A stretch of 64,000 nucleotides of DNA from Octopus sinensis (Eukaryota): NCBI RefSeq assembly GCF_006345805.1, contig NC_043003.1, forward strand, positions 53,568,001 to 53,632,000. Direction: 5' to 3'. The position numbers and the translations under genes are program-made. Numbering within the stretch: position 1 is the first letter of the stretch; each line of letters starts with the position of its first letter. The notes under the pieces are model-generated. The model saw only the letters and a program-made list of their open reading frames with translations, was not told where the DNA came from and did no database searches. Positions 48,308 through 61,080 of the stretch are shown one piece after another.

Positions 48308-50192
48308 GTTACTGAAACAAATAGTATGTTTCATTAGAAATATGGTCCTGAAAGAGTTAGCCTCTTCAGTATCCTACTTATCAATTGACCATATGTTTTA
48401 ATTACTTTTTGAGAATAATCAAGAATTTTTAGTCACTAAAGTAAAATAACTAACATTCATTATGAGAGCAGTTTTTTTTTTTCTTTTTTAACCCAACAAA
48501 AATCTTCTTATATAAAATCATGGTGAAAAGCTTAAAATTATACTTCAAGACTTTAACATTAAATCAGAGAACCAGATGCATAGACAGACCGTCTTCATTT
48601 TCCTTCATGGTTTCATAACATCATGCTCCAAATGATGCTGTTTAGTTAAAACTAGTCACAGATTCTTCACTGTTTTAAATAACAGCTATTAATGTTCTCT
48701 TAGAATTTCTGATTCAATATGACACTTAAAAACATAGTAGAACACTATAATCATAAATAATGTTGTCAACCAGTTATTGTTATCAAAAGTTGTGGGCCGC
48801 AAACTTTTTATTTGTTTAGTGTTATCAAAAAGGTTTTATATCAAAGTGATCACAATAAGCAGCTTCCTCTGTATTTTGAAATTGATATTTATTTTCTCTT
48901 GACAACTATTTTAGTTTTCATCTGATCTATGTTATGTCAGTATGTAATCAAAGGTCAGCCCTGACTGAGCTGAGACCTGATAAAGGCATTCCAGCAATAA
49001 CCATCCCATCATTTTTTCACAGACATTGTCCACTCCAGACTACATTATTCAAGGTGCACTACTGTTTTTAAGATACTAGGATGCGATATCATTGTGACTT
49101 TCCTATTTTGAACAGGCTGATTGACAATACAGAAGCTGAGTCATCGGCTCATGACGTCTATATTCTTGTTGCTTAGACTGAGTTCAGCTTTGACTGAACA
49201 GATTTACAACCAGAGTCACTCCTACTGTGACCATCCCATCAATTTTGGTTAATCTATAACTACATTATACAATGTGTCTTTCCTTAACTGAGTCAGCAGG
49301 GTGTGATTTCAAGGTTATTTGACTGCTATTTTTAGCATGTCACAGAATCATGTAAAGGTAAAAACAAAACAGAAAGGGATAGTGTTTTTTAATGCTAAAG
49401 TGGGTTGGATCATTCCAAACAAGTGCTCAGACTGATAAAACATATTTTACAGCTCAACAGACTTAAATACACAGCATAAAACTAGCTATTGGAGACCTGT
49501 CTGTTGAACAGACAAACACTAGTGTAACACACCTTAGTATTCGTACACTACCATTGTTGAGAATGATACGTAACAGAAATGACTAAAATTATCTGCCATA
49601 ATAAAAAAGCATTAAGTTGAAATTTATTTCATATATTATCACAAGTAATCAGCAACTATGGAAACTGTGCTGTACACCTAAAGTGACACACAGATATTAT
49701 ATCTGATTTATACATATATACATACGCGCACACATATTTGTGTATATGTGTATTGTGGGTGCACATACCTATAAATACACCGTGCATATTTATTTATAAA
49801 CACATCAATGAAGAAGCCTATGGAAGTGCTTGACCTGCCTGATATGACAGCCAATTCTTTTTAAATCACCCGCTAACAACTTAAAGAAAGAATATATTGG
49901 TTAACATAATTTTACATATCCCTAAAAAAAACACGATGGTCACACCTGGAACTGATCATAGGTCTTCTCTATCACCATTATCCAGGAGTTAACAAACAAC
50001 ATATACACACTATATATATATATGTACATACAAATATATATATGTATGTACATACACACACACAGAGGTGTGACTATGAAGTTTGCTTCTCAACCTCATG
50101 GTTCCAGGTTCTGTCCCACTGGCACACTGGGCAAGCTATAGACTGACTAAAGCCTTGTGAGCAAATATGGTAGATGGAAAATGAAAGAAGCT

Positions 50193-50232
<40 letters not shown>

Positions 50233-50235
<3 letters not shown>

Positions 50236-50377
50236 TCATTAACATCGTTTAATGTCCGTTTTCCATGCTAGCATGGGTGAGCCTGGGGCAGCCTTCTGGC
50301 TCGCCAACACTCAGTCAAACCATCAGACCCATGCCAGCATGGAAAGCGGACGTTAAACAACGATGATGATGATGATG

Positions 50378-50378
<1 letters not shown>
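50233..50378. mobile_element. Tail-out inverted pair of RTE 3' ends inside (TA)n
   Basis: catcgtttaatgtccgttttccatgctagcatgggt ... acccatgccagcatggaaagcggacgttaaacaacgatg. Confidence 0.8.
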
Positions 50379-50420
<42 letters not shown>

Positions 50421-50595
50421 GTGGGTTTTTTTCTAATATTTTATATATTTATTATATTGTGTGGAATTTGATTTAGTATTTCTAAATTGAATTCTTTTTC
50501 CTTGTAAGTTTGGATTTGATTCCCTCAAATAATATTTATAATATATATGTGTGTGTATATATATATATATATATCATCATCATCATCATCATCAT

Positions 50596-50993
50596 CAGAC
50601 ACGTGCCGTCAGTAATTACTCAGGATAGGCAGTTGGCGACCTTTATGTAGTAAAACACACAAAAAAATAAGCGAAACACAGGCGCACGACTGAGCTTAAG
50701 GCAGATCTACTTCTGCCTTTATAGCACATAAAGAAAATGGTGTTATAGAAATGTACACAGTAGGTGTACTACAGCAGTAATATGTGCAGCTTAAATACTG
50801 AGATTGAAAACCAGGGCAAATTATGCCTACCTAATCCACAAAATATAAAACATTTCACATTTTATGCACAGTAATCAGACTAACCTTCATAATTTTATTG
50901 AATTAGAGGCATATTTTGCCATGAGAGGAAAATGTTGCTATCGATCAATTTTATTCAACTGCCTACCTTTCCTACCTAGGCGGTACAACCCTG
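50596..50993. mobile_element. Second copy (inverted) of the 6801-7257 DNA element
   Basis: cagacacgtgccgtcagtaattactcagg ... gcggtacaaccctg. Confidence 0.55.
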
Positions 50994-51007
50994 ACATATA
51001 TATATAT

Positions 51008-51378
51008 CATCATCATCGTTTAATGTCCACATTCCATGCTAGCATGGGTTGGACGATTTGACTGAGGACTGGCAAACCAGATAGCTGTACCAGGCTCCAG
51101 TCTTAATCTGGCAGAGTTTCTACAGCTGGTTGCCCTTCCTAACGCCAACCACTCCGAGAGTGAAGTGGGTGCCTTTACGTGTCACCGGCACAAGGGCCAG
51201 TCAAGCGGTACTGGCAATGGCCACGCTCAAATGGTGTTTTTTACGTGCCACCTGCACAGGAGTCAGTCAACAGTACTGGCAACGACCTTGCTCGAATGAT
51301 TTTTCACGTGCCACTGGCACAAATGCCAGTAAGGCGACGCTGGTAACGATCATGCTCAAATGGTGCTTTTTACGTGAT
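51008..51378 (-). mobile_element. RTE LINE 3'UTR
   Basis: Reverse of the 15508-15982 type. Confidence 0.9.
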
Positions 51379-52159
51379 ATATATACATAGCTCTGAAGTA
51401 TATTGTACTTTTTAATATGTCTATAAAGAATTTTTTCATGGATGAAAAACTGCAGCTTCTGGCTTTTCAAAAACATCTTTTAAATAAATTACATAGTATA
51501 AGATAAGATTTCACTCTAAAGCTACTTCCAGTACATAATACAAATTTTATTCTGCTTATGCACTATAGTTTATACACCAACTCTATATACTTCAGACTAG
51601 ATGATTCAATGTTGTTTCAGAAGTGACAAGAGTACATGACATAGACAAGCTGCAGCAACAGTGAAATACATAGCTGTTGCTCTCACAGTCACTTTTCGGG
51701 TGATTTCATTTTACCTAGCACTGAACTAATTTTTTTTAACACAATGTACTTACAAAGGGATTTTCTGAGAAGAAAAATCACAGCTTCTAGCTTTTCAACA
51801 ACACAAAAACAGTAACCCTAACCCTATGCTATACAGAATAAGATTTTTCTCTAGAGTTGCTTCTAATGCATAATTTGAATTTGTATATTAGAAAGAGCAA
51901 GAGAGTGAGTGTGTGTGTGTGTCCTTGTCTTGATATTACATGACTATTGTAAATGAATGCTATTAAATTTCCAATATTCTGTGAACACATGTCTGGCTAT
52001 GGGGTAATATTACCCAGCTTGAAAACAGTTTGAAAAAGGAGTTGGTGAAAGGGCATTAGCTCATACAAAATCTGCATCAGTAAATTCTGTCCAACTTATG
52101 CAAGCATGGAAATGTGGTTGTAAAACAATGATGATATGTGTAATATATGTATATGTGTA

Positions 52160-52720
52160 GTGAAGGCGCATGGCTCAGTGGTTAGAGTATCAAGCTTATG
52201 GTTGTGAGGTTGTGAGTTCGAATCCCAGACAGGGCTGCGTGTTATCTTCTTGAGCAAGACACTTTATTTCACGTTTCTCCAGTTCACTCAGCTGTAGAAA
52301 TGAGTTGCGACAGGTGCAAAGCTGTACCGGTCCCTTTGCTTTTCCCTTGGATAACACTGGTGGCATGGAGAGGGGAGGCCGGTATGCATGAGGCAAGCTG
52401 GCAGAAACGGGCGAAATGCTTAGCAGTATTTCGTCTGCTGTTACGTTCTGAGTTCAAATTCCACCGAGGTCGACTTTACCTTCCATCTTTTCGAGGTCGA
52501 TTAAATAAGTACCAGTTACGCACTGGGGTCGATGTGATCGACTTAATACCTATGTCTGTCCTTGTTTGTCCCCTCTATGTTTATCCCCTTGTGGGTAATA
52601 AAGAAATAGTTATGCACGGGGCGACTGCTGGTCTTCCATAAACAACCTTGCCCGGACTTGTGCCTGGGAGGGTAACTTTCTAGGTGGAATCCCATGGTCA
52701 GTCATGACCAAAGGGGGTTT
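52160..52720 (+). mobile_element. tRNA/CORE SINE family H with nested family D copy (52391-52608)
   Basis: A box tggctcagtgg, B box gagttcgaatcc, ttgagcaagacactt core; tatgca on both sides of the nested copy. Confidence 0.75.
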
Positions 52721-52755
52721 CAACATATATATGTATGTGTGTGTGTGTTTATTAT

Positions 52756-53148
52756 AGGCACAGGTATGGTTATAAGGTTTGCCTCCCAACCACATGGTTC
52801 TGGGCTCAGTTCAACTGCATGACACCTTGAGCAAGTGTCTTCTATTATAACCTCAGGCTGAGCAAAGCCTTGTGAGTTGATTTGATAGATGGAAACTGAA
52901 AGAAACTTGTCATGTGTGTGTGTGTGTCTTTATGTCTGTGTTTGTCTTCCACCACTGCTTGACAACCAGTGTTAGTGCATTCACACACCCACGACTTAGC
53001 ATTTTGGCAAAATGAACTGACAGAATAAGTACCAGGCTTGAAAAAAAAAAATAAGTACCGGGGTTGATTCATTCAACTAAAAGTTCTTCAAGGCAGTGCC
53101 CCAGCATGGCCGTAGTCTAATAATTGAAACAAGTAAAAGATAAAAGAT
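52756..53148 (+). mobile_element. SINE family A
   Basis: Sequence similarity to family A. Confidence 0.85.
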
Positions 53149-53701
53149 ATGTACATATAGTTAAAGTCTCTGAAGCCTTGGTTTCTACAGTGTTTAAGAA
53201 ACTCAGAGTACAAGAAACACTTCCAAACAGGATACCAGTCTGCTACAAAAGTAATGACTGGAACACATTGTTCAGATAAATGAACTAAAGCAATACAAAG
53301 TCAAGTGCCTTCCTCAATGACACAACACACTGCCTGGTCCAATAACTGAACCCAGAAACTAATGATTGTTAACCGAACACCCAAACCACAACATCTCTTC
53401 ATATACACACACATGACAGTCAACACGGGTGTGTGTGTGTGTGTGCATGCATGCTTATTTGAACTCAACGCAATGATATATTAAATAAGTTCAAATTCTG
53501 TCTGCAATACATTTGACCTTTAACAGCTATTACAAGTCGGGAGAGTAGCATGCACCATTGAAGGTGTTCCATTGAATTTAGTTGTTTCTGAGTCAATAAT
53601 TATGTGATTACTAATGATGCATCAATCTCCCTATTTTAGAGATCCAGTACTGAATGGCAATTTGACAGGACTATATTTGTATATGTCTATGTGTGTAATA
53701 G

Positions 53702-53982
53702 AGGAGGCACATGGTCTAGTGGTTAGAGCAGTGGACTCGCAGTCGAGGGATCACGGGTTCAAATCTCAGACAAGGCAATGAGTGAAATACCTAAGCTCCA
53801 TGCAGCTCCGGCAGAAGGTAATGGCAAACTTCTGCTGACTCTTTCGCTACAACTTTCTCTCACTCTTTCCTCCTGCATCTTGCAGCTCACCTGCGATGGA
53901 CCGACGTCCCGTCCAGGTGGGGAACCTATACACCAAGGAAACCGGCTCTTATGAGCCAGGCATGGCTCGAGAAGGAACAAAT
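53702..53982 (+). mobile_element. SINE family C variant
   Basis: ggaggcacatggtctagtggttagagc...ctgcgatggaccgacgtcccgtccagg. Confidence 0.85.
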
Positions 53983-55204
53983 AACAATGTGTGTAATAAA
54001 TAAATCATAGACAAATGATTGATGTTACAAAGGATATCTATCTATACCTGCTAGGAAGGAAAAGTAAGTTCATCTGCAAATCATTATAGATATATTACAA
54101 GATCAAAAGAATATCAAGCTAGGATGGACAAAGGGAATAAGCATTCAAAAAGATATAAGCTTTTACATATATAATTTAGTTACAGCTAGGAAACTTAAAA
54201 GAGTATCTGCAGAGTGAGCCATTGTGTTATTGGTTCATATCCTGTTAGTTGCTTTGCTCCCTGTCTGTGTCAAAGACAAGTCTTTTTATTTGTCCATGTT
54301 TAGTCCTAGGTTGAACCTAATCAAACAGAGCTATAATTAGAAACATTCAAGCCATAAACAATGCTTTTTTTTTTATCTACTTTGCAGTTGTTCCTTGGAC
54401 TACATAATCCATTATGCACAGATAGATTTGGCTGATATTTTTAGCAACTCGAGTGACTACACAAAGGTTCCTTCACAGACTCAACTAATGTAGATGAGTA
54501 ATGTATTTATATTCCAACATTATTTTAATAGCTATAATCTAATTTTATTACGTGTAGACCTTATAGTACAATAATGGAAAGCCTCCATATATGAAATATA
54601 AGTTACATTCTTGTTAGTCCTCAATGAGACTAAATAACAATATAACATTTAACACATGCAGCCCACCAAAAAAGTCAGTGCATAAGTTAAAGTGCAGATC
54701 AAAGTTCACATGTTATCTTAAACAATAAGAGTATGACATTTATTTAAAACTGAAGCTTTATGCAGGAAACAAGGAGGTCTTTAAGATTCTGACTAATGTT
54801 TGCACGTAAACTAACTCTGAAACAATCAAATTATCAAAACTAACTTATTTTAGAGTTATTGTATTATTTCAAAATCAACCCCACTTACATTAATAATATT
54901 AAAATCCTCACATATTGGGATTTCTTTCTACATTTTGTTTTTCTCCTTTACATTTATTTGTTCAATGTATATTTTTCCATGCTAACATAAGTTAGATAGA
55001 AGCGGTGTCTAAGGCAGAACTTTTTCAGCTGGATGCTCTTCCTGCCACCAACCTTTGTTTTCATGTAAAGGATTTTTATACATTCCAGAGGAATTCAAAA
55101 GTACAGAGCTAGCAAACAGTATGTTGACAGGAAACACCAACAGACATCAATGGTGGCAGCTCAACTACAACACTATTTGCAACTTAACTACAGACTCTCT
55201 CTCT

Positions 55205-55603
55205 CTCTCTTTACTCTTTTACTTGTTTCAGTCATTTGACTGCAGCCATGCTGGAGTATCGCCTTTTAGTCAAGCAAATCAACCCCAGGACTTATTCTTT
55301 GTAAGCCTAGTACTTATTCTATCAATCTCTTTTGCTAAATCGTTAAGTTATGGGGACATAAACATACCACCATCGGTTGTCAAGCAATGTTAGGGGGACA
55401 AACACACACACACAAACATATACACACACATACATATATATGTATACATATATACGATGGGCTTCTTTCAGTTTCCGTCAACTAAATCCACTCACAAGGC
55501 TTTGGTTGGCTCGAGGCTATAGTAGAAGACACTTGTCCAAGGTGCCATGCAGTAGGAATGAACCCGGAACCATGTGGTTGGTAAGCAAGCTACTTATCAC
55601 AAA
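55205..55603 (-). mobile_element. SINE family A
   Basis: Sequence similarity to family A. Confidence 0.9.
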
Positions 55604-56807
55604 GCCATATATAATATATATATATAATATATTCATTCTTCAATGAATATATTATATAGAATATTGTAATATATCAAACATTTTTATTGAGTTAGTAAAC
55701 AGAGATCTAATGGACACAAATTAATCTATTAATTAATCCATAGTGGTAAGGTCAACAAAAACAAAGTATTTAATCTGGTGAGCGATAAATATTATTTAAT
55801 AAACACAATATGTTTTTATGTGCTACTATTAGTTTCATGTGCTGAGAGCATGCCAAACCAGTGTTTTTTAACACATCTGGTGTCCTAGCGCAATCATCAG
55901 AAACTGCCGACATTGCAGAAAGAGTGAACAAACAAACGTACATACATACAGACAGACATACATAGCCATGGATATACAAAGAGCCAGGATCATCATGGCT
56001 GGAATGCTTTTGATCATAGGTCTGCTTTATCAAAGAAGACAAAGCTAAACAACAAAAGTAATAAAACCAATTATGCCTATAATTACCATCTTTAATTAGA
56101 AAAAAAAATCTTTGTCCTAGTAACATAACCCTTTCACAAACACTATATTTCTAGTATGGTGCCTTTCATCAAACTACACCTACTTACTAATAGAAAGTAG
56201 ATTTTCAGAAATATAAAAACATACAAACTATATCCCCTATCTTCTAAAAGATAACATCATTGATTAATCCAATTAATGACCAATTAATATTACTATAAAT
56301 GTATGTAAGACACTACAGATAATTATAAGCAAGCATATAATCACCTGGAATGTTATCTAATTCTTGGTGAAAATGTGATAAGATTACTAAAATTTCAGAT
56401 TTAATGGTAATATACCATAAAATGCTACATATTAGTGATCCCTTCACTTAAAAATGAAAAAAAAAAACTTTGGCAGAAGCTATGCTCATGTCAGTAAACC
56501 CCATCAGTTTATATTTAGGGTCAATCCTTAATACAATTTTGACAATTGAGTAATTGTGACCAATGCCAAAATCCCAACATCGCACAGCTGAAAAAGCAAA
56601 AATCATTGTTCATGGACAAGCTAACCATCATTTCTAAGGCTCAAAGAAGAACAACCTTCAAATTATAGGAAATCAAAGTGGGACAACTGATTATAGAGAT
56701 CATAGGAACAAGAGCTTGTATGAAGAAATTCTATTTAGGTAATTTTCCTTATGTGCAATGTACAGCCTTTTTCCTACAAGGACAGGCTTAGGTCTTAGGT
56801 CTATTCA

Positions 56808-57136
56808 TCATCATCATCATCAATGTTTAACATCCGCTTTCTATGCTGGCATGGGTTGGACGGTTTGACTGGGGGCTGGCGAGCTTAAAGGCTGCACCAA
56901 TTCATTATTCATAAAAAATAAGGTATGTGACGCCTTGCAGCTCAAGAAGACCTGCCATGGTGCTGGTGCCACATAAAAGCACCCAGTATACTCTGTGGAG
57001 TGATTGGTATTAGAAAGGGCATCCAGTCATAGAAACCATGCCATATCAGGCAATGGAGCCTGGTGTGGCCCCTGGTCTTATTAGCTCCAGTCAAACCGTC
57101 CAAGCTAGGGTGGAAAATGGACATTAAATGATGATG
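56808..57136. mobile_element. Tail-out inverted pair of RTE 3' ends
   Basis: Minus arm 56808-56900, spacer, plus arm about 56955-57136. Confidence 0.75.
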
Positions 57137-58147
57137 AAGGTAGGAAAGTCAAAAACTTTTATCGACTATTTAATATAATCTGATTCCTATGTATATGTCA
57201 TTTTTAATCCAAGGCTCTAAGGATACGCAGAATACCTTGCTACAATCCCTACATGTGTCATAGGGATGTTATTATGATGTACTTGAGTACCACACGACCT
57301 GGACCTTTAATAAAGGCACACAGTACTAGATTTAATCTAAACTATGATATGAATGTTTATTAATCTGTATCTAAGTTGTGCACAACAGGGATAAGACCTC
57401 TTGTCATTAGACATTTTGAGTTTTCCTTTATTTAAGGAAAAATTTAAGTCTGATTCATGACAAGGGTATTTTAGTAAAAAACAAGTAAATTTTGATAACC
57501 AAACAGAACATGAGGACAGACCCTCCCAACTAGGACATAAGGTAAGTCTATTCATGAATACTTCTTAGCTAAAGCCCAAACAAACCTTTACGTATGCCAT
57601 GTACCAATTATCTCTTTACAGTCTTCAGATAAAACTGTACTGAGATGAAATTTTATAGCCAGTGTCAAAAACCATAAAGGTTACATAACAAAGTAGTTAT
57701 GTACCTGTAAACTATACAGTGTTTATGTCCTCAACACAGATTATTGTTTTCATATCCAAAACAGTACACCTGTCTTATCATAGAAAATCACCAAGCCCTT
57801 TATTATACACTTCCTATAACCTCGTGTATATCTTTGTTTGAATGGTGTCCACATTTCACAACTGCTATTCTCACTAACTATTTCTGTCCTCTGGAACAAA
57901 GATGGATAGTTGCAACAGCAGCAGCAGCAGCACCAAAAACTTGCTTTCCATTTAATAATTAAAGAGAACAGTTTCTCATTGCCTTCTCCAAGCCTATGGA
58001 GCAATGCAAATTAACAAAGCAATTATCAATTATATCGTTAAATGATGATGATTATGATGATAGTGTCAGCGTTGCCTACAGGAAAAACTAGCTCACTGAC
58101 TCAGCCGAGTATGACTCTTAGAAACACACAAACATACACCCGCCCCC

Positions 58148-58178
<31 letters not shown>

Positions 58179-59005
58179 ACATACACACTAAATATGTATG
58201 TACCACGTTCTAATTAATATATAACGCAGTGTATAATGTATATATCAAATTTAGTGATATATTACTCAAAAGTTAATTAAACGTACTTATGAAAGAATGT
58301 GAATTTGTGATGTTCATTCATTTCCGAATGACACAAGTAAATTGAAATAGTTTTAGCTGGGAACGAAAACTAGGTGATTCGGTTCACCGAGTACTCGATG
58401 TCACAGGGGCTCGCCATGTATACAGACATGTGTTTGTGTGCGCGTGTACGTGAGCGCGTGTCAGGGACACCGAGAATATCCGTATATGAATATATTTACT
58501 TTTCGGTAGAAGAATTTACTAAGGGTGTATAAAACCACACAAAGGAGTTAAAGTTACGGGGAAGATCCAACAACTCAATGTTAAATAAAAAGAAATACAT
58601 GATTTAAACAAATTTGAAGTCTACCCCGCTATGGTGTCACTTTACAAGAATAAGTGGGCGGTTCTTTAACATGACCAGGGCACTCTTGCAAAATGTAACT
58701 TAACGGATTATATAATTCCATTTTATGGGAAATAAGCCGAAAATGTTATATGTACACGAATGTGTGTCCGTGCGCGTACACACACACACATATATATGCC
58801 TTCGTCTTTTGTCTATTTTCATAAAGCTTCCCGTTATATATATATATACATACATACATTCATACATACAGATTACGCAAGCATGTATATCTATTGCGGT
58901 TTAAGCATACGTGTGTGTGTGTGTGTGTGTGTGTGTGCAAACAGCGCGTGTGTGAGCGTTCGCGAGCGCGCTGAAAGTGTCTGAACTTTCATTCATCTGG
59001 AACAA

Positions 59006-59209
59006 TTAACAGATTTCAGACAAATGAAACGTTTCATCAAAAAGATGTTTATCATTAAGGTAGAAGCGTCTCTGTGACTGAATTTGACATTTTTGTTTGT
59101 AATAATAAATCAACAATGACAGACGATGATGATGATGATACAGTAGACTACTACGATGACGACGATGATGATGATGCAGTAGGCTACTACTGCGACGACG
59201 ATGATGGTA

Positions 59210-59248
<39 letters not shown>

Positions 59249-59347
59249 CAGTAGACTACTACTGCGGCGATGATGACAGGAACAATACAATTGGAGGAGA
59301 GGTTTGAAATTATTACTCTCGGAAAATTCATGTAATGTATGCCACAT
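59006..59347 (-). other. His-rich low-complexity ORF (113 aa) built on a triplicated RSSSLL-(H)n unit; coding status unproven
   Basis: ORF track entry; (CAT)n-based repeat; candidate acceptor ttttttattattcAG at 59472-59471 upstream. Confidence 0.25.
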
Positions 59348-60191
59348 CGTCGCAGCTACTTCGACCCAAACTCAAGATTTCTGTGTTTCATTATGAAATT
59401 ATCACCATTAATGTTATTCAATTAAAAGTTCCAAAGAGATTGGGAGACAGAAGTGGGAGGGGAGTGAGAGCTGAATAATAAAAAAATTTCAACTTCATCT
59501 TGAAACAAAGGAAAAATAATTGATTAAATTTTAGCGAAAAATTAATTAATTAATTAAAGTAAGTGCTATTAAGATGGAAAAATATAAATATTTAACACTC
59601 GAAATATTCATCGATAAATAAAAGATTTTTTAAAATCATTACAAAAAAAATGTTTTTAAAAAAAATATAATTTACAATATGTGACAGAAAAATATGAGGC
59701 TGAGACAGTGGGTGGGAGAGAACACGGGAAAAGAAAACAAAGAGTGCATATTGCATATATGTGCATGCCTGTGTGTGTGTGTGTGTATTGCGCGAATGTG
59801 TGCAGTAGTATCAGACAAATCCATTGAGTAATGCGATCGATCATAGGAAGCGAAACACCTCAAAATTAAACAAAGCCTAGAATCATGGTGAAACAGTAAA
59901 AACAGCAGTGGTTGTGAACAGAATTGTATTTCAGATGCTTGCCAATGCACCCATCATACGCTCGCGCACGCATACACACACACACATACATACATACATA
60001 TAAACGCCTTTATATATTCATATATATATATATACACGTATTAACTGTTTTCATCGATTGGTCATGACATTTTAGAGTTAGAAGATGCTCTGCAAAAACA
60101 AGCACGCACACACACAAAAACGTGCATATATAAATATATGCATAAATACCCTTGTGTATACAATATGTATTCATATGTGTGTATGAGAGAG

Positions 60192-60239
<48 letters not shown>

Positions 60240-60848
60240 AGAATATATATAAAATACGTTAATGCAAGTGTCAGTAGAACATGCCTAAGAGCCGTTCACG
60301 TTGTCACTGGAAAAATAAGGGAAATGAAGTTTAGAAGAGAGGCTTTGTGTGCGGAACATGTAGATAGATTATGATGAATGTGTGTACGCGTCAACTACAC
60401 GCATTTCTTTAAAAAAAAAAACAAATACACTCACACATATAAATAATGTAATGCGGTGTGTATATATGTAGGAATAGATTACTGCAAACAATAAAGGTTT
60501 GAATTAGCTTTCAGGTTTTGAACTTTCAATCTGATCTTAGTCGCCTGGACCGATAAAAATAAGTACCAGTAATATACATTGAATGAGTCACTCCACAATT
60601 TCTCTCCTGTTCAATCTGATTGATTATATATATATATATATATATATATACTGTTATGTGAGGCTTTTGTTTCTTTTTCACAAAAAGAGAATAAGCGGAA
60701 ACAGGTGTTACTGGAAAAGGGTGTTTTTTTTTTCCCCTCCCCAATAGCCCTCGTTATTCATTCATTTCACATAAAGTAATAATAATATGAATGAGTAACG
60801 AGTTAGAAACAAAAAAAAACACGAAAGACCAAATAGATAAGTACTTAC

Positions 60849-60890
60849 TTAGTTGAAAACTGACTGCTGTTATTAGAGCTGACTGCTGGC
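60849..60890 (-). other. Candidate non-coding first exon (probably of CORO7)
   Basis: Perfect donor GTAAGTAC at 60848-60841, directly downstream (minus sense) of a CRE/M-box/ETS cluster; contains two copies of cagcagtcag with Inr-like TCAG(C/T)T. The link to CORO7 is inference. Confidence 0.5.
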
Positions 60891-60926
60891 TACGTCATGG
60901 ATCACATGATCCCAACCGGCTTCCGG
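60890..60926 (-). promoter_or_regulatory. Compact promoter motif cluster: CRE-like TGACGTAG, M-box/CLEAR-like TCATGTGA inside the near-palindrome gatcacatgatc, ETS CCGGAAGC
   Basis: Plus strand ctacgtca 60890-60897, tcacatga 60902-60909, gcttccgg 60919-60926; in a CpG-retaining region next to a GT donor and a long (CT)n tract. Confidence 0.6.
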
Positions 60927-60954
60927 GTCCAAAGAAATTATCGACAAGCTGTCG

Positions 60955-61000
60955 CTCTCTTTGTCTCTCTCTCTCTCTCTTGCTCTTCATCTCTCTCACA

Positions 61001-61034
<34 letters not shown>

Positions 61035-61080
61035 TGCTCTTCATCTCTCTCACACTTTCTCTCTCTCTCTCTCTGTCTCT
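60955..61080. repeat. (CT)n tract containing a duplicated cttgctcttcatctctctcacacttt unit
   Basis: Direct observation; immediately upstream (minus sense) of the promoter motif cluster. Confidence 0.9.

Noticed and set aside
51815-51830. Interstitial telomere repeat (CCCTAA)
   Set aside because: Only two units; expected by chance.
58370-58417. Minus-strand mini-ORF MASPCDIEYSVNRIT* in the CpG zone
   Set aside because: Only 15 codons, no convincing donor and no recognisable homology.
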